Positions 8,599 to 17,308 of a stretch of DNA of 24,494 bases are shown here, piece after piece. The notes beneath the pieces are model-generated. The model was not told where the DNA came from. It saw nothing but the letters and a program-made list of their open reading frames with translations, and made no database searches. Numbering within the stretch: the stretch's first letter is position 1; the number at the start of each line of letters is the position of its first letter. Both the position numbers and the translations under genes were made by a program. Source of the stretch: Candidatus Methylomirabilota bacterium (GTDB lineage Bacteria > Methylomirabilota > Methylomirabilia > Rokubacteriales > CSP1-6); NCBI GenBank assembly GCA_046726415.1, contig JBKPAK010000122.1, positions 1 to 24,494 on the forward strand. Reading direction: 5' to 3'.

Positions 8599-9686
8599 CG
8601 CGCCACCTCCACCCAGTCGCCACGAGTTGTCGCGTCCAGAACGGCATCGAGCACGGCCTGCGCGCGCACGCCGTCGCGGAAGGACGGCACGGCGGGCGCA
8701 CCCGTACAGATGGACTGTACGAATTGCGCCACCAGGGGCGCGATGGTGGCCTTGCCAACGATGTCCGCCGGATCGCCGTCCCCAGCGGAGCGGTCGGGCG
8801 CGGAGCGCGGGGCTACCGGCTTGAACACGTCGCCGGCCGCGGTGGCCCGCAGCTCACTCTCCCACCAGCGATCGCCCTCGCGAGTGAAGCGATAGGTTAG
8901 GCCACCGCCACTTCCGAAGGCCTCGAGCGTGTGTTCGTTCATGCCGCGCGCCACGCGGCTGGTGGCGAGGGTGACCGTGGCTCCCGAGGCCAGTTCGCCA
9001 ACGATGGAGCAGTAGTCTTCCGTGTCAGCAAGCGCATTCATGCCCGGCGCCGAGCGCTCCGGATAGGCCACGCCACTCCGTGCCGCCACCCGCGTGAACT
9101 CACCGAAACTCCAGCGCACCAAGTCCACGAGGTGCACCCCCATGTCACCCATGGATCCGTAGCCGGCCTGGCCGCGGTCCATACGCCAAGTCCCCGGGTC
9201 AGTCTCCCTCGCCCAGCGCGCCCCCAGCCAGCGCCCGCCCACGTGGAAGACCCGCCCCAGCACGCCCTCCTCCACCCGGGCGTGGAGCTCCTGCATGCCG
9301 GCGGCGAAGCGCCAGTTGAAGCTCGTCATGGCCACGCGCTGGCCGCGCTCGGCGGCCTTCGCCATGGCCTCGCCCTCGACGCGGCTCATGGCCAGCGGCT
9401 TCTCGCAGAGCACGTGGGCCCCCTGGGCGAAGGCGCGCACGGCGATCGGGTGATGGAGGCGCGGCGGCGTGGCGATGACCACGATGTCGGGGCGCGCCGT
9501 CTCCAGCATCTCCTCCCAACGGCCGAAGATCCCTGGCACGCCGTAGCGATCGGCCAGCGTCTTGGCGTTGGCTTGGTCGCGTTGACAGAGGGCGACGACC
9601 GCGCAGCCGTTGGCCTGGAATGCGGGGATATGGGCGCGACCAAATCCAAGCCCGATGATGCCAACCGTGGGAGCGGACGCGGTCAT
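8595..9686 (-). CDS. Gfo/Idh/MocA family oxidoreductase, 363 aa
   Basis: VGIIGLGFG, VIATPP..H, HVLCEKPLA, DMGVHLVD motifs; start MTASAPT with AGAGGGG SD. Confidence 0.9.
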   Translation of the reverse strand: MTASAPTVGIIGLGFGRAHIPAFQANGCAVVALCQRDQANAKTLADRYGVPGIFGRWEEMLETARPDIVVIATPPRLHHPIAVRAFAQGAHVLCEKPLAMSRVEGEAMAKAAERGQRVAMTSFNWRFAAGMQELHARVEEGVLGRVFHVGGRWLGARWARETDPGTWRMDRGQAGYGSMGDMGVHLVDLVRWSFGEFTRVAARSGVAYPERSAPGMNALADTEDYCSIVGELASGATVTLATSRVARGMNEHTLEAFGSGGGLTYRFTREGDRWWESELRATAAGDVFKPVAPRSAPDRSAGDGDPADIVGKATIAPLVAQFVQSICTGAPAVPSFRDGVRAQAVLDAVLDATTRGDWVEVAR

Positions 9687-9969
9687 GACAGTCCCCTCTT
9701 TCGCGATACAGCTCGAAGCGCAGGATGCGCGCACCAGCGCCGCCCGCGCCCAGCGCGCAGGGCCCCCGGCCGTCCCAGTTTTCGAGGAGTCGCGGCCCAT
9801 AGGGCATCCCGGCCTCCTCGCGCCCCCTGAGCCTACCCCAACTTGGCCGTGTGGCGGGAGTCGTCCCTGCCCGCTGCCGATGGTGCGGTATGCTGCGCTT
9901 CGCTGGACGAATGGTGGAATCCGCCGGGTGACGACGGCGATCCCGAACGGCGAAGCGCGCCGCGCACCG

Positions 9970-10190
9970 CTGCGCTCGACGGTGCTGGCCGGCGCGGTCG
10001 GGCAACGTCATGGAGTGGTACGACTTCGCCCTCGACGGGTTTTCGCCCCCCTCATCGGCGCCCTGTTTTTCGCCCGCTGATCCCGTGGCACAGTTGCTCG
10101 CGGCCTTTGGAGTGTTTGCCGTTGGCTATCTGATGCGGCCGGTAGGAAGCGCGCTCTTCGGCGTGATCGGTGACCGCCTCGGGCGGGCTC
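9970..10190 (+). pseudogene. Frameshifted N-terminal remnant of an MHS-family (ProP/KgtP-like) MFS transporter
   Basis: LRSTVLAGAVG / GNVMEWYDFALDGF / FAPLIGALFF / PADPVAQLLAAFGVFAVGYLMRPVGSALFGVIGDRLGR split over alternating frames; resemblance ends after the GDRLGR motif. Confidence 0.8.
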
Positions 10191-10256
10191 GCGCTGCCGT
10201 GAGCGGTCGGCGGGGAGCTGCGGCGGTCGCCGAAAGAGCGATGGAGGCCACCATCA

Positions 10257-10709
10257 TCACCGATGCAAGCCGAACCCCCGGGCCATGAAGCTCGCCACGA
10301 ACACCATGACGATGACGAGCACCATCTCGACGTGGTTGACGATCCACAGCGGCCGCGCGCGCTTCGTATCCAGGCGCCCACCACGTCGAACGCGGATCCG
10401 CCAGCGAATGAACGTCGTCATCGGCCAGATTTCCAGCAGGAGAATGGCGCCCAGCAGCGCCATCTTCACCCAGAAGAGCGGCGAGGCCAGGTAGAACTGT
10501 GTGCCCTTCTCGAGCCCTCCGAACGCCCGGGCGAGGCCGGTGGCGATCCAGAGCAGCGCGGCCACGCCCCACCCGGTATCCGCCGCGAAGAGCCGGCGCA
10601 ACCCCCGCGCGTCCAGCGGCCCGGCCAGGGCGCGACCGCGCAGAAATACGCTGGCGAGGCCGATAGCCAGGGCGAGGAGGTGCAAGGCGGAGACGACGGC
10701 CGAGAGCAT
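10257..10709 (-). CDS. DUF2214-like membrane protein
   Basis: LHLLAL, D..WGVAALLWIATGL.R, EKG..FY..SPLFWVK, C-terminal MARGFG. Confidence 0.8.
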   Translation of the reverse strand: MLSAVVSALHLLALAIGLASVFLRGRALAGPLDARGLRRLFAADTGWGVAALLWIATGLARAFGGLEKGTQFYLASPLFWVKMALLGAILLLEIWPMTTFIRWRIRVRRGGRLDTKRARPLWIVNHVEMVLVIVMVFVASFMARGFGLHR

Positions 10710-10818
10710 GGCGTCAGTCGAAGGCGAGCTGTCCGTCGTTCAGGCGGGGACGAGGAAGCCCTCGTGCTCGGCCGCGGGGATCAGGCGGCGGCGGGACGTC
10801 AGGCATTCGTCCCCGGAC

Positions 10819-11106
10819 CTACGCGCCCTCGACGAGGAGCAACTTCGAGGTGGCGGCCTGAAGGCGCTGCGCCTTCAGCGGCGCATACTCGGAGGACTCG
10901 TAGAACTTCTTGGCCTGCTCCACGCTCGGAAACTCGAGCACCACGATGCGCGTCGGGTGCCAGTCGCCCTCCAGGGTTTCGGTCCGGCCGCCGCGCGCGA
11001 GGTAACGACCACCATACTGCGCGATGATCGCCGGCACGCGCTTGCGGTACTCCTCGAACGCCACGGCATCGTGCACGTCGATCTCGACGACGAAATAGGC
11101 CGCCAT
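10819..11106 (-). CDS. DUF1330 family protein, 95 aa
   Basis: MAAYFVVEIDVHD, YGGRYLARGG, LEGDW, VVLEFPS, LLVEG; GAGGAGG SD before ATG 11106. Confidence 0.88.
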   Translation of the reverse strand: MAAYFVVEIDVHDAVAFEEYRKRVPAIIAQYGGRYLARGGRTETLEGDWHPTRIVVLEFPSVEQAKKFYESSEYAPLKAQRLQAATSKLLLVEGA

Positions 11107-11232
11107 GGCCTCCTCACTGTGGGTGAACACCGGGGCGGCGCCTGACCCACCCGCGTGGGCTCCATCGACTGACGTCGCGCCTTGCGGAACGATACGTTCG
11201 ATTGGGGCACCGGGTCAACGGACGGGCGCCCG

Positions 11233-13044
11233 CTACGCGCCCGGCGGCCGGAATTGCGGCGATCCCTTCGGCGGATAGTCCAGGGTGTCCCGAAGTCCGT
11301 TGACGCGATCGGGGGGGAACTCCGGCAAGAGCAAGGTGCCCTGCTCGCGCCACCGCTGCACCTCGGCCTCGGCGAGGCGAGCCCGCTCGGCGTCGACCCC
11401 CCGCGCGCTCCTGTACAGCGTCTGCGACGGAAAGGCGAAGCCGGTGCCGCTCGCCGTCACCACCTCCATGATGCGGAGGTAGATATCCTCCCGCACGGCC
11501 AGAAACTCGTTGTAGTCGGCGGTGCGCACGTAGGCATAGATCTCGACCTCGAGGGAGTAAGCGCCGAACCCCACGAAGCGGACACGGGCCGGATCGGGAT
11601 CGATCCGGGGGTGGGCATAGAGCAGCTCGCGCAGGCGAATCAGGACGTGGCGAAGCTGGTCGGGCGTCGTCTCGTATCGGAGGCCGAGCTTCACCTGCAG
11701 CCAGATGCGGTCGCGCTCGGCGAAGTTCTCGAGCCGAAGGTTGGAGAACTCCGCGTTGGGAACCGAGACAACGGTTCGGTCGAGCGTCCGCACGCGGGTG
11801 GAGCGCAGCCCTATCCGCTCGACCGTGCCGAGCTGATCGCCGAAGCGGCAGAAGTCGCCCACCTTCACCGGCTGATCCGCGATCAGCGTCAGCCCCCCGA
11901 AGAGGTTCTCTACCGTCTTCTGAGCAGCCAGGGCCACCGCGATGCCACCTACTCCGAGCCCGGCTAAGAGAGCGGTTACGTTGACCCCCAGAATGTCGAG
12001 CACGGTCAGGAGGCCCAGGATCAGCGCGACGAGCTTGGCGACCCGCTGGGCGAGATCGATCGCAGATAGCGTGGCCGCCTGGCCCCGCTGGATCACGGCC
12101 ATGCGAGCCATATCGCCCCCGACATCGATCAGGCGCAAGCCGAGCCATGTTACGGCGACCACCGCGATGAGCCCCTCGACGAGGCTAAAGCCGGGCTGGA
12201 TGGCGATGGGGAGAGCCAACGCGCGGCGGCCGGCGTGGAACGCGCCAACGGCGACCAGCAGGCGAAGAGGCGGCACCGACTCCCGGGGAAGCGTCGGCGC
12301 GGCCGCGGGGCGCCTCCGGGCTAGGACGAAGTGCAGAATGCGCAGGCCGACCGCGACGATGAGGCGTCCCAGGAGCACGGCCAGGCCGGCCAGCAGCACG
12401 AGAGCAATCCATTGCCAGAGCGGTATGCCGAGCGGCCGCCGTTCCACGAATACGGGCGGCAGAACCTCACCAACCGGCCCGTAGCCGAACTCCAGGTAGA
12501 GGGCGGGAATGGCGGCGACGGTTGCCTGAGAGAATTTCCAGACGAGCACGCCGTCCTCGCGCGGGACGCGCTCGACGATGATGCTCTGGGGACCCTTGCT
12601 CGTGGTGATACGCCCCACGAGATCGCGCCGGGCTGGCAATCCGTCGTCGTGCGTTCCGTCGGGATCGTCGGAAATCACGTCCGGGTCGATGAGCAGGGTC
12701 AGGTCCAGGACAACTCGCAGATGGCGCGCCAGCGCGGGCCCCTCGGTGGCCACCTCGGAAGGGCGCACGCGTCGCAGGTCGAGGTATTCGGCCGCCCTCC
12801 GGTAGTCGCGGTTGCGCGTGGTCTGGAGAAAGCCGGTCACCGTGCCTCGCGGAGTCCCTCGGCCGAACTCGTCGGCCGGGCTTGGGGGCCTCGACTCGGC
12901 GGCCGGGGCGGGTACGGGAGCGGACTGAGCCGACAGCAATTCGGCGCTCACCGCCATCAGAAGACCGCCGCCGACGAGGCCGGCGACGGCTCGCAGGAGG
13001 GACCGGGATGAAGTCCGGTGCGCGTGCAGAAGGTTCAGGGCCAT
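11233..13044 (-). CDS. mscS: MscS family mechanosensitive channel with large periplasmic N-terminal domain, about 603 aa
   Basis: LLAGLGVGGIAVALAAQKTVENLFGG, DQPVKVGDFC, GTVERIGLRSTRVRT, FAFPSQT; start chosen at ATG 13044 with GAGAGGAG SD. Confidence 0.88.
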   Translation of the reverse strand: MALNLLHAHRTSSRSLLRAVAGLVGGGLLMAVSAELLSAQSAPVPAPAAESRPPSPADEFGRGTPRGTVTGFLQTTRNRDYRRAAEYLDLRRVRPSEVATEGPALARHLRVVLDLTLLIDPDVISDDPDGTHDDGLPARRDLVGRITTSKGPQSIIVERVPREDGVLVWKFSQATVAAIPALYLEFGYGPVGEVLPPVFVERRPLGIPLWQWIALVLLAGLAVLLGRLIVAVGLRILHFVLARRRPAAAPTLPRESVPPLRLLVAVGAFHAGRRALALPIAIQPGFSLVEGLIAVVAVTWLGLRLIDVGGDMARMAVIQRGQAATLSAIDLAQRVAKLVALILGLLTVLDILGVNVTALLAGLGVGGIAVALAAQKTVENLFGGLTLIADQPVKVGDFCRFGDQLGTVERIGLRSTRVRTLDRTVVSVPNAEFSNLRLENFAERDRIWLQVKLGLRYETTPDQLRHVLIRLRELLYAHPRIDPDPARVRFVGFGAYSLEVEIYAYVRTADYNEFLAVREDIYLRIMEVVTASGTGFAFPSQTLYRSARGVDAERARLAEAEVQRWREQGTLLLPEFPPDRVNGLRDTLDYPPKGSPQFRPPGA

Positions 13045-13131
13045 GACGAGCTCCTCTCGATCACGTGATCGCAGCGTCTCGGCGGACGGTGACGGCTCGA
13101 AGCAACACCTCACCACGGGGACAACGGGTCG

Positions 13132-13161
13132 AGGGTAGGGAGCGGGTGCAGACCGCGTCAA
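13132..13161 (-). promoter_or_regulatory. Putative sigma70 promoter for mscS
   Basis: TTGACG-N18-TACCCT on the minus strand, about 90 bp upstream of the start. Confidence 0.4.
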
Positions 13162-13395
13162 GGGAGGGCCGGCGCTCGGTCGGACGCAAAGCCCGGCGAA
13201 ACCTCGACGAGGCCGTAGCCGTGCAGCGCCGTCGCCACGCCAAGGTGGCTCCCTCGGCCTGGGCCGGAAGCCGCGCCGACCCGCGTTGCCAGCGAGCCGG
13301 GCATACCGTCCATCAAAACGTCGCGGACGCCCCGGAGAGGTAGCGCGGTACGTCCCGTCGGCGGTCGCGAGCTACGTCGGGTCGGCGATTGCGAG

Positions 13396-14157
13396 CTACT
13401 TCCGGTCGGGGCTGGCCATGGCCGCCAGCGACTCTTTGATGGTCGGTGCTTTGCCGCCCTCGACGTCGCGTCGTCGGATCCGATGGAACCCGGTGAGAAT
13501 CTCGTTGGCCCGGGCCAGCTCGGCGACGCGCTGGGCGAACGGTTCGAGGCGCTCGCCGGGGATGGCGTAGAGCGCCACGTCGTCGGTCATGACATCGAGG
13601 TACGCGCGAGCTCCACAGCACCCAAGGCTCAGGGCCGTGCGTCCTGTGTTCTTGGCTTGCGGGACGATGGCGCACGCCGGGCGTCCCATGGCCGGCGGCA
13701 GCCCGCCTTCTAGCGACTGCGAGGCTTCGGAAAGGATGAGCGTCTGGTCGGCGCGCACGAAGAGCAGAACGACGTCGGGCGCCAGCGGCGCCTCGGCGAG
13801 CGGCCCGTAGACGACGAAGGCCGGACGTCGCGCCAACACCGGGATGCCCGGAATGTCCTCGGGACGCACGTAACCCAGCTCGGCGAAGACGTGAAGCGCG
13901 TCGCGGCGATCGACCTCGTGCGCGGAGGTGATGGCGAGGTTGTGGGTGAACGTCCCGATGGCGCAGAGATCGTGATCCTTCGGCCCGGTGACGAAGGTGC
14001 GCGTGGCCGCCTCCTGCCAGAAACGACACCCGGCGGGAACGCGACCGGCGAAGCCTGGTACGCCGGCCGGCGGCGCGTCCGCGAAGGACATGGCCAGGGG
14101 CGGTTGCCTCAACTTCAAAGCGGTCGTCAGAGTTGACGCGATCTTCCTCACCGACAT
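13396..14157 (-). CDS. DUF169-like Cys-rich protein, 253 aa (alternative GTG start at 14196)
   Basis: L.L...PLA start, GCRFWQEA, LCAIG, YGPL....L.PDVV, GRPACA, SLGCCGAR; GAAAGGAG SD before ATG 14157. Confidence 0.75.
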   Translation of the reverse strand: MSVRKIASTLTTALKLRQPPLAMSFADAPPAGVPGFAGRVPAGCRFWQEAATRTFVTGPKDHDLCAIGTFTHNLAITSAHEVDRRDALHVFAELGYVRPEDIPGIPVLARRPAFVVYGPLAEAPLAPDVVLLFVRADQTLILSEASQSLEGGLPPAMGRPACAIVPQAKNTGRTALSLGCCGARAYLDVMTDDVALYAIPGERLEPFAQRVAELARANEILTGFHRIRRRDVEGGKAPTIKESLAAMASPDRK

Positions 14158-14185
14158 CGGCGTGACTCTCCTTTCAGGGGCGATC

Positions 14186-15481
14186 TCATCGCTCACCTCG
14201 GGGCGCGTGTGCCGACGAACCCTCGGTCCTCCCGCCGCTCGCTCGCCCGCGGTCGTCGATCTCGAATTCGAGGCGCGCGTGGGCCGCGCGGAGCGCCGCC
14301 TCCACCTCGGCCGGACTCTCGGCCAGGGCGAAGATGAAACCGAGGTATTGCCAGCCCTCCGGCAGCGGGATCAGGGCTTGGTCGACGTGTGCCGAGATCA
14401 CCACGTCTTCGATGCCGGCCACCGCACGGGCGGCGTCCAATCCATGCACGGCGCGCAGCTGCCCGGCCCGCGGGATCGGAATCATCATGACGCCGGCGGC
14501 GCGTCCCGCGCGCTCGGTCGACTCGAGGGGCCAGCCGAGGGCGTGGCGGAGAATCAACTCCTCCAGGCTCATGCCTGTCCCGAAGCGCAGAGTGCGCGAG
14601 CAGAGGCCGCCGATCGAGCGCGCGGCCACCTCGACGACCCAGGGCCCATCGTCGTTCACGCGGAGTTCGGCGTGCACCGGGCCCTCGGTGAGGCCGAGGG
14701 CGGCGCCGGCCTCGGCCGCGGCGGCGGCGATTGCCTTCTGCACGGAATCGGGAAGCCGCGACGGCGTGACGTAGAGCGTCTCCTCGAAGAAGGGCCCGTC
14801 CAGAGGATCGGGCTTGTCGAAGAGGGCGAGGACGCGAAAGTCGCCACCGACCACCAGGCCCTCGAGGGCCACCTCCGCACCGGGGACGAACACCTCGACG
14901 AGCACCGCGCGCTGCCCCTCGTCGGCCACCGCCACGTCGGCGCTGTCCAGGATGGTTCGAATGCGCTCGACCGCGGCCACGAACTGGGGGGGATCGTCGG
15001 CGCGGATCACCCCGCGGCTGGCTGAGAGCGTCAACGGCTTGACCACGCACGGATAGTCTATGGCGCGCGCGACGGCCGCGTGGTCCGCATCAAGGTTGAC
15101 GAGCCTGAAGGCCGGTTGCCGTACGCCGGCGACGGCGAGGCGCTCGCGCATGAGGTGCTTGTTTCGGGCCGCGGCGGCGGAAGCGATGGAGTTCGCCCTG
15201 AGGCCGAGGCGGGCGGCGATGGCGGCAGCGACCAGGGTTGCCCGATCATCCACGCCCACCACCGCACTGAGGGGACGACGTGCGGCAAACTGGGCGACCG
15301 CCGCCGCGGCGCCTTCGGGATCGGCAAAGTTAACCGTCAGGAGATGGTCGGGATCGAACGGTTCGAAGGCGCTGGGCATCTCCGACGCGCAGACCAGGTC
15401 GACGCCCAGCCCGCGCGCCGCCTCGACGAAGTCCTCGGTGCGGTAGGTCGTGGTCGGCAAGAGGAGCAGCAGGCGATCCAC
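14186..15481 (-). CDS. ATP-grasp ligase, L-amino-acid-ligase-like, 431 aa
   Basis: ARNKHLMRERL, YPCVVKPLTLSASRGV, LVEVFVPGAEVALEG, GPVHAELR, EVAARSIGG; GTG start at 15481 with GAGGGG SD. Confidence 0.88.
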   Translation of the reverse strand: MDRLLLLLPTTTYRTEDFVEAARGLGVDLVCASEMPSAFEPFDPDHLLTVNFADPEGAAAAVAQFAARRPLSAVVGVDDRATLVAAAIAARLGLRANSIASAAAARNKHLMRERLAVAGVRQPAFRLVNLDADHAAVARAIDYPCVVKPLTLSASRGVIRADDPPQFVAAVERIRTILDSADVAVADEGQRAVLVEVFVPGAEVALEGLVVGGDFRVLALFDKPDPLDGPFFEETLYVTPSRLPDSVQKAIAAAAAEAGAALGLTEGPVHAELRVNDDGPWVVEVAARSIGGLCSRTLRFGTGMSLEELILRHALGWPLESTERAGRAAGVMMIPIPRAGQLRAVHGLDAARAVAGIEDVVISAHVDQALIPLPEGWQYLGFIFALAESPAEVEAALRAAHARLEFEIDDRGRASGGRTEGSSAHAPRGER

Positions 15482-15506
15482 GTGCCCCTCGTCCGAGCGT
15501 GACGGA

Positions 15507-15788
15507 TCAGGCCTTACCGGGCGTGTAGTACGGGTTGGAGCCCGCCGCGTGATCGGTGGTGTCAACCACCTCCCCGACCTCGGGGATCTCATCCTTGATG
15601 AGGCGCTCAATGCCGGCCTTGAGCGTCACGTCGGACATGCCGCAGCCCTGGCAACCGCCCCCGAGCTGGAGATATACGCGATCGTCCTGCACGTCGATCA
15701 GCTCGACGAAGCCCCCGTGACCGGCCACGGCGGGGTTGATCATAGTGTCGATGAGATCCTGGACCCTCGTCTTGAGATCGTCGCTCAT
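15507..15788 (-). CDS. NifU-C/NfuA-type Fe-S cluster carrier protein, 93 aa
   Basis: INPAVAGHGGFVEL, LGGGCQGC (CxxC), TLKAGIE, DTTDH..G.NPYY; AAGGAGGTGA SD before ATG 15788. Confidence 0.9.
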   Translation of the reverse strand: MSDDLKTRVQDLIDTMINPAVAGHGGFVELIDVQDDRVYLQLGGGCQGCGMSDVTLKAGIERLIKDEIPEVGEVVDTTDHAAGSNPYYTPGKA

Positions 15789-15801
15789 GGCGTCACCTCC
15801 T

Positions 15802-17223
15802 TCACACAGGTACTGTAACTGACTTTCCCGTGAGGGCCAACTGGCCCTCGGTGGGCTCCGCTCAGCAAAACCACGGCTCGCTGAGCCGCGGAGCCCGCGT
15901 CCGCGGCTCGAGCCGCGTTGCCCCCCGACGGGGGGAAAGTCCGGCCGCGCCATCGGCGACCGCCACGATCCGGCCAAACGTCGTCACCGAGTCCTCCCCG
16001 GCGGTCGCGGCCTCCGTCACCAGGGTCGTCACGTCGCGGTGCAGCCGCTCCATGACGGGATCCCGATGCGTCCACTCGTAGTAGAAGTCCTCGGCGACGA
16101 GTCGGCCGAGATAGGGACGCATGGCGGGATTCCCGGCGAGGAGGGAGCCGGGAGGAACCAGGAGCCGGATGGAGAACTGCACGGGATCGACCGCATCGAT
16201 CAGCCCCTCGCGCTCCACGAAATCGAGCATATCGCGGTAGTCGCCGAGCGTGGTCCAGGGCGTGAAGGGCACCCATGTTGGCCGCAGGGTCATCCCGGCC
16301 GCGCGCACCGCGCGAAGCACCTCGAACACGTCGCTCCGCGTATGGCCTTTGGCGAGGTGACCTAGAACGGTCTCGCTCAGCGACTCCACCGCGGACACGA
16401 TGAAGAGACAGCCGGCCTCGGCCAGCTCGCCCAATCGGTGGCGGTGCCGCAGGAGGTGCTCGACCTTGGTCGTGATGTCGAATGTCACGTGCGGGAACGC
16501 GCCATGAACACCGTGGGCCACCATAAATGCGTGGCCGGGACCGTTCAGGAAGTCGGGGTCGCCGAACGTGATGTGTGTGGCGCCTGCCTCCACGAGCTGG
16601 CGCACGTCGGCGAGCACCACCTGTCGTGGAACGACGAAGAAGCGACCGCCATAGATCGGCGGGATGGGGCAGTGCGCGCACAGATGCCGGCAGCCGCGGC
16701 TCGCCTCGACGTAGCCGGCCAGCTCCTGGCGTCCATCGCGTTCGAGACGAGCATATTTCTTGAGCGACGGCAGGCCATGACGGCTCGGGGTCGGGAAGAC
16801 GAGCTTCTCGAGCCGGGGGTCGATGCGGGCGCCGTTCTCGCGCGCGCGCTCGAGGTTCTCCACGAGCTGGACCAGCGCCTGCTCCACCTCTCCGGCCAGG
16901 AGGGAGTCGACGCCCCGCGACCTCAGATACTCGGCGTTGAGTGTCGCGTAGAGCCCAAAGAACGCGAGATGACAGCCGGGATTGATCTCGCGCACTCGCT
17001 CCGCGACGCGAATGCCCAGGCGCAGCGCGGTATGCATGGGCACGGAGACGGCGACCAGCCGGGCCCGGCGCACCTTGTCGGGATCGAACGGCTCCACCGA
17101 TAAGTCCATGACCGCGGGCTTGTAACCGTGGCGCTCGAGGAATGCGGCTGGCCACGCCAAGGTCAAGGGCTGGTGGCCCATTTCGTAGCACGCGACAAGC
17201 ACAATTGCGCCCGGCTCTCGCAT
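15802..17223 (-). CDS. CUAEP-tail radical SAM selenoprotein with N-terminal B12-binding-like domain, 473 aa, Sec at residue 454 (UGA 15862-15864)
   Basis: EASRGCRHLCAHC (CxxxCxxC); N-terminal YEMGHQPL...DLSV...SVPMHTA domain; reading through UGA gives ...EPWFC-U-AEPTEGQLALTGKSVTVPV* ending 13 bp before the NfuA-type gene; SECIS-like hairpin follows. Confidence 0.88.
15827..15855 (-). promoter_or_regulatory. Bacterial SECIS-like hairpin
   Basis: mRNA UGA-GCGGAG-CCC-ACC-GAGGGCC-AGUU-GGCCCUC-AC-GGG: 7 bp perfect upper stem, 4 nt loop with G at position 2 followed by U, loop 19 nt after the UGA. Confidence 0.8.
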
Positions 17224-17229
17224 AGGGCG

Positions 17230-17259
17230 AGTCTACGCCCGTGGTAGTGTAGGCGCCAA
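17230..17259 (-). promoter_or_regulatory. Putative sigma70 promoter giving a leaderless transcript for the radical SAM operon
   Basis: TTGGCG-N18-TAGACT ending 6 nt before ATG 17223; no SD before that ATG. Confidence 0.4.
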
Positions 17260-17308
17260 CGCGCTGTGGCGACTCCCCGCGAGGGCGCTGATCCCAGGAG
17301 GAACGCTG

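Noticed and set aside
13158-13313. 51 aa minus-strand ORF MDGMPGSL... as a RiPP precursor for the radical SAM and ATP-grasp enzymes
   Set aside because: No SD, no recognisable leader or core pattern, and it overlaps the putative mscS promoter; not excluded without a homology search
15862-15864. UGA as the true radical SAM stop (453 aa)
   Set aside because: The Cys-UGA-AEP context, SECIS-like hairpin and tight fit of the extension to the next gene favour Sec read-through
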